A stretch of DNA of 64,000 bases from the NCBI GenBank assembly GCA_009391835.1, contig QWJF01000007.1, positions 722 to 64,721 of the forward strand. The letters are read 5' to 3'. The DNA comes from Chloroflexota bacterium (lineage in GTDB: Bacteria > Chloroflexota > Anaerolineae > Anaerolineales > UBA11579). This document shows, in pieces, positions 61,053 through 64,000 of the stretch. The translations under genes were made by a program, and so were the position numbers. How positions within the stretch are numbered: the first letter of the stretch is position 1; every line of letters begins with the position of its first letter. Under the pieces are notes generated by a model that was not told the DNA's origin, ran no database searches, and saw only the letters and a list, made by a program, of their open reading frames with translations.

Positions 61053-62108
61053 CTACGCCGATTGCAAAACACCTCGAAAGGCCTCAATCGTGTGCTTCAG
61101 CGCCGCGTCGTCTATCCAGTAATGCGTCAGCGCCCGCATTCCCCACGCGCCGCCCCAACTGATCAGCACGCCCCGCTCTTTCATTGCCGCCAGCAGTTCA
61201 ACCGGACCCATCGCCGCGCCCTCCTTGAACTTAAAACGCACGATGTTCGTGTGCTGTGGGAACACCTCGAGAGCATCCATCTCCCTCAAGGCCTCGGCCA
61301 GTGCGTTCGCCCGAGCGTGATCCTCCCCCAGCCGCTGGGTCATCGTCTCCAGCGCAATCAACCCCGCTGCCGCCAACACCCCAGCCTGGCGCATACCGCC
61401 CCCCAGCATCTTGCGCGCCCGCAGCGCCTTGCGAATAAATTCATCCGACCCGCACAACACGGAGCCCACCGGCGCGCACAACCCCTTGCTCAAACAGAAG
61501 GTCACCGAATCGGCCGCCGCCACCAGCTCCTTGGCCTCCACCCCCAATGCGGTGGCTGCATTGAAGAGCCGCGCCCCATCAATGTGCAGCCCCAGCCCAT
61601 GCGCCTTAGCCAGCGTCCCTACCTGCCCGATGTAATCCGCTCCCAGCGCCGACCCGTAACAGCGGTTGTGCGTGTTTTCCAGCAGGATCAGCCGCGTGAT
61701 CGGATGGTGTTGGTCGTCCGCCCGAATTGCCCCTTCGATATCCTCAAGCTTAAGCGTCCCATCTGGCTGATTGCGCAGCGTATGCGCTTGGATGCCGCCC
61801 AGCGCCGCCATGCCGCCCGTCTCGTTCAGGAAAGGGTGCGCCAAATCCCCCACGATCACCTCGTCCCCCCGCTGGCAGTGCACCAGCAGCGCAATCAGAT
61901 TGCCCATCGTCCCCGAAGGCACAAACAGCGCCGCTTCCTTGCCCATCCGTTCGGCGGCTAACTTTTCCAGCGCGTTGATCGTCGGGTCCTCGCCATATAC
62001 GTCATCCCCCACTTCAGCTTTAGCCATCGCCGCCCGCATCTCCGGCGTCGGTTGCGTTACCGTATCAGACCGCAGGTCAATAGTATCCATTCCTTTTTCC
62101 TCACTCAA
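61053..62108 (-). CDS. ltaE: low-specificity L-threonine aldolase
   Basis: [25 protein letters not shown] and the [12 protein letters not shown]-Lys region. Confidence 0.88.
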   Translation of the reverse strand: MSEEKGMDTIDLRSDTVTQPTPEMRAAMAKAEVGDDVYGEDPTINALEKLAAERMGKEAALFVPSGTMGNLIALLVHCQRGDEVIVGDLAHPFLNETGGMAALGGIQAHTLRNQPDGTLKLEDIEGAIRADDQHHPITRLILLENTHNRCYGSALGADYIGQVGTLAKAHGLGLHIDGARLFNAATALGVEAKELVAAADSVTFCLSKGLCAPVGSVLCGSDEFIRKALRARKMLGGGMRQAGVLAAAGLIALETMTQRLGEDHARANALAEALREMDALEVFPQHTNIVRFKFKEGAAMGPVELLAAMKERGVLISWGGAWGMRALTHYWIDDAALKHTIEAFRGVLQSA

Positions 62109-63069
62109 CGATCAAACTCCCCTGCAACCCATTCAAAACTTCCTGCAATTCCTCCGGCAGGGGCGCTTCAAAATGCCGCATCACCCGTTCGCCCGGCAGC
62201 TTAATCCCCAACTTCGCCGCGTGCAGGAAATGCCGCGCAAGCCCCAGCGTCGGTTTGCGCCGCCCATACACGGTGTCCCCCGCCACCGGGCAGCCGATAA
62301 ACGCCAAGTGCACCCGGATTTGATGCGTACGCCCCGTGCGCGGTTCAACCTCCAGCAGGCTGTGCTTGGGAAAGGTCTCCAGCATCCGATATTCGCTCAC
62401 TGCCGCCCGCCCCTTGGCATCCGGCAAAGCGGCCATCTTCTTACGCTCCTGGGGATCCCGCCCGATCGCCGCCTCCACCCGCCCGGTCTGCGTGGGCGGC
62501 CGCCCATCCACCAGCGCCAAATATTGCTTCTCCACTTCGCGCGCCTCAAATTGCGCCTGCAGAAAGCGCTGCGCCCGCTCATTCTTAGCCAGCACAATCA
62601 ATCCTGAGGTGTCCTTGTCCAGACGATGCACCAGCCCCGGCCGCAGTTCCCCACCCACCCCCTCAATATCCGGCGCATGGCCCAGTACGGCATTCACCAG
62701 CGTCCCAGTCGCGTGCCCCACCGCAGGGTGCACCACCATCCCGGCCGCTTTGTTGACCACGATCACATCTTCGTTTTCAAATACGATATCCAGCGGAATG
62801 TCCTCAGCCAACAGCCCCACTTCCTCCGCCACAGGCACCAGCACTTCGATCTCCTCGCCTCCCACCAAACCAAAACCCGGCTTGATTACCGTGTCCCCGT
62901 CCACCTGCACCATGCCGGCCTTGATCAATCCCTGCAATCGCGCCCGGGAATGTCCCTCCAGTTGCTCCGCTAAGAATTTATCCAGCCGCTCACGCTTGCC
63001 TACCGGCGCCTCCAGGAGGTGCACCTGCTCGCCGTCCGTCACTGCCATCTGGTCAGACAGTTGCGGCAT
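62101..63069 (-). CDS. rluD: RluA-family 23S rRNA pseudouridine synthase (RluD-like)
   Basis: S4 domain ([10 protein letters not shown]), [10 protein letters not shown] catalytic Asp motif, and [11 protein letters not shown]. The start is ATG 63069 or 63048; it overlaps ltaE by 8 nt at the 3' end. Confidence 0.88.
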   Translation of the reverse strand: MPQLSDQMAVTDGEQVHLLEAPVGKRERLDKFLAEQLEGHSRARLQGLIKAGMVQVDGDTVIKPGFGLVGGEEIEVLVPVAEEVGLLAEDIPLDIVFENEDVIVVNKAAGMVVHPAVGHATGTLVNAVLGHAPDIEGVGGELRPGLVHRLDKDTSGLIVLAKNERAQRFLQAQFEAREVEKQYLALVDGRPPTQTGRVEAAIGRDPQERKKMAALPDAKGRAAVSEYRMLETFPKHSLLEVEPRTGRTHQIRVHLAFIGCPVAGDTVYGRRKPTLGLARHFLHAAKLGIKLPGERVMRHFEAPLPEELQEVLNGLQGSLIVE

Positions 63070-63619
63070 CCTGTTCCGAGCCCACCTCGGATGCTTCATC
63101 TTCCTCATCGTGGCCAAACCATGTGAACAGCAGCAGCAGCCCCACCCCCACCGTGATGCTGGCATCCGCAACATTAAATACCGGGAAGTTCCCGACCGAA
63201 ATAAAGTCCGTCACGTAGCCCAGCGTCAGCCGGTCCAGCAGATTGCCCAGCGCCCCACCCAATTGCAGCCCCATCGCCACACGCAGCAGCCATTGGCCGG
63301 AATCAATCCGCGGGAAGTAATAAATGATCAACGCCGCCACCACGATGGCCAGCAGCGCAAAAAAGTTGCCGCCGCCGCTACCCTTGAACAATCCAAAGGC
63401 CGCCCCATCGTTACCCCAGTGCACCAATCTCGCATAAGGGGCGAGCCAAGGCCACGGCGTCAGTGTCTCCCCGAAGGCCAGGTTGTCGCGCACCCAAAAC
63501 TGGCTCCACTCGTCCAGCCAAATCGAAAGCCCCGCCACCGCAAACAGGGTCAGATAGCCGCCTAGATGGCGCTTTGGCGCATTCGTTTCACGGAGTTCAG
63601 TTTCGGGATTGTCCATCAC
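63053..63619 (-). CDS. lspA: lipoprotein signal peptidase II
   Basis: GNDGAAFGLF, GNLLDR, VTDFI and FNVADASI motifs. Confidence 0.88.
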   Translation of the reverse strand: MMDNPETELRETNAPKRHLGGYLTLFAVAGLSIWLDEWSQFWVRDNLAFGETLTPWPWLAPYARLVHWGNDGAAFGLFKGSGGGNFFALLAIVVAALIIYYFPRIDSGQWLLRVAMGLQLGGALGNLLDRLTLGYVTDFISVGNFPVFNVADASITVGVGLLLLFTWFGHDEEDEASEVGSEQDAATV

Positions 63620-63668
63620 ACCTCAATGACTGGTTTACGGGCGACAATTCTACCTGCTGTCCCTCCGC

Positions 63669-64000
63669 CTACGCCGCCTTGCGCCCGACCACATCCAGTT
63701 GGTGGGCGATATACACCAGCTCGCCCTCCGCAATCTGCCGCCGCCGTGCCGTCAACCAGTCCGCCAGCTTAGCCGAATCCACATCCGCGTGCCCCTGTAG
63801 CGATGTCTCGAAAAAATGCAGGATGTGATAAAGAAAATAGGCCTCGTTCTCCATATAGCCCCCACTCTGAGGAACCACCACCCAATCTGAGGCCCCCGCC
63901 GCCAGCACTTTAGCGCCCAACTCTGGCAAGCGCTTTAACAGGTGCCGTCCCGTGCGGCTGTCTCCGGATGGCCGTCCCCCGCTTTGCCTCGCATCCATCG
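63669..64000 (-). CDS. C-terminal part of a gene whose start lies beyond the window end (possibly a methyltransferase-like protein)
   Basis: The frame is open from the 64000 edge to the stop at 63669. Function not recognisable from this fragment. Confidence 0.45.
   Translation of the reverse strand, partial: MDARQSGGRPSGDSRTGRHLLKRLPELGAKVLAAGASDWVVVPQSGGYMENEAYFLYHILHFFETSLQGHADVDSAKLADWLTARRRQIAEGELVYIAHQLDVVGRKAA

Noticed and set aside
61062-63565. Long plus-strand ORFs (61062-61961, 61771-62607, 62336-63565) antisense to ltaE, rluD and lspA
   Set aside because: The opposite-strand genes have unmistakable family motifs. The antisense translations are Arg/Pro/His-rich low-information sequence.

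Overview
This is a moderately GC-rich, densely coding bacterial chromosomal segment with about 70 protein genes. I recognised no rRNA, tRNA, CRISPR array, transposase, integrase or prophage module. Most genes are core housekeeping: metG, tyrS, rpoD, trmB, rluD, lspA, lgt, ftsK, rdgB, glutamate dehydrogenase, MTA phosphorylase, purine nucleoside phosphorylase and threonine aldolase. Envelope genes are interleaved: two GT-C type membrane glycosyltransferases, a GT4, six lipobox lipoproteins, and Thr/Pro-linker secreted proteins. Signalling genes are also present: a HisKA_3 kinase, an FHA-GAF-class III cyclase, two HD-GYP proteins each beside a cold-shock gene, an ECF sigma/anti-sigma pair, a CGNR zinc-finger regulator and a membrane-tethered HTH protein. 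The domain repertoire fits a monoderm Chloroflexota-like (Anaerolineae-type) organism, but that is inference only. Positions 51427-64000 form one long co-directional minus-strand string with many overlapping stop/start codons. No obvious defence or mobile system is present. The most unusual item is a single 877-codon gene fusing a complete SEDS (RodA/FtsW) polymerase to a class B PBP module. All three transpeptidase motifs of that module (SxxK, SxN, KTG) are degenerate. It is chained to FhaA/FhaB-like FHA genes and an MTA phosphorylase, with no kinase or phosphatase nearby. Other items: an anti-sigma factor frame interrupted by one in-frame TGA; a frameshifted GlsB/YeaQ-type gene; an MFS gene with no in-frame start near a G5 run; a terminator-type hairpin inside the tyrS leader; and a tiny self-contained promoter-ORF-terminator unit upstream of metG. 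All functional calls rest on motif recognition by eye. No database search or RNA folding was run.
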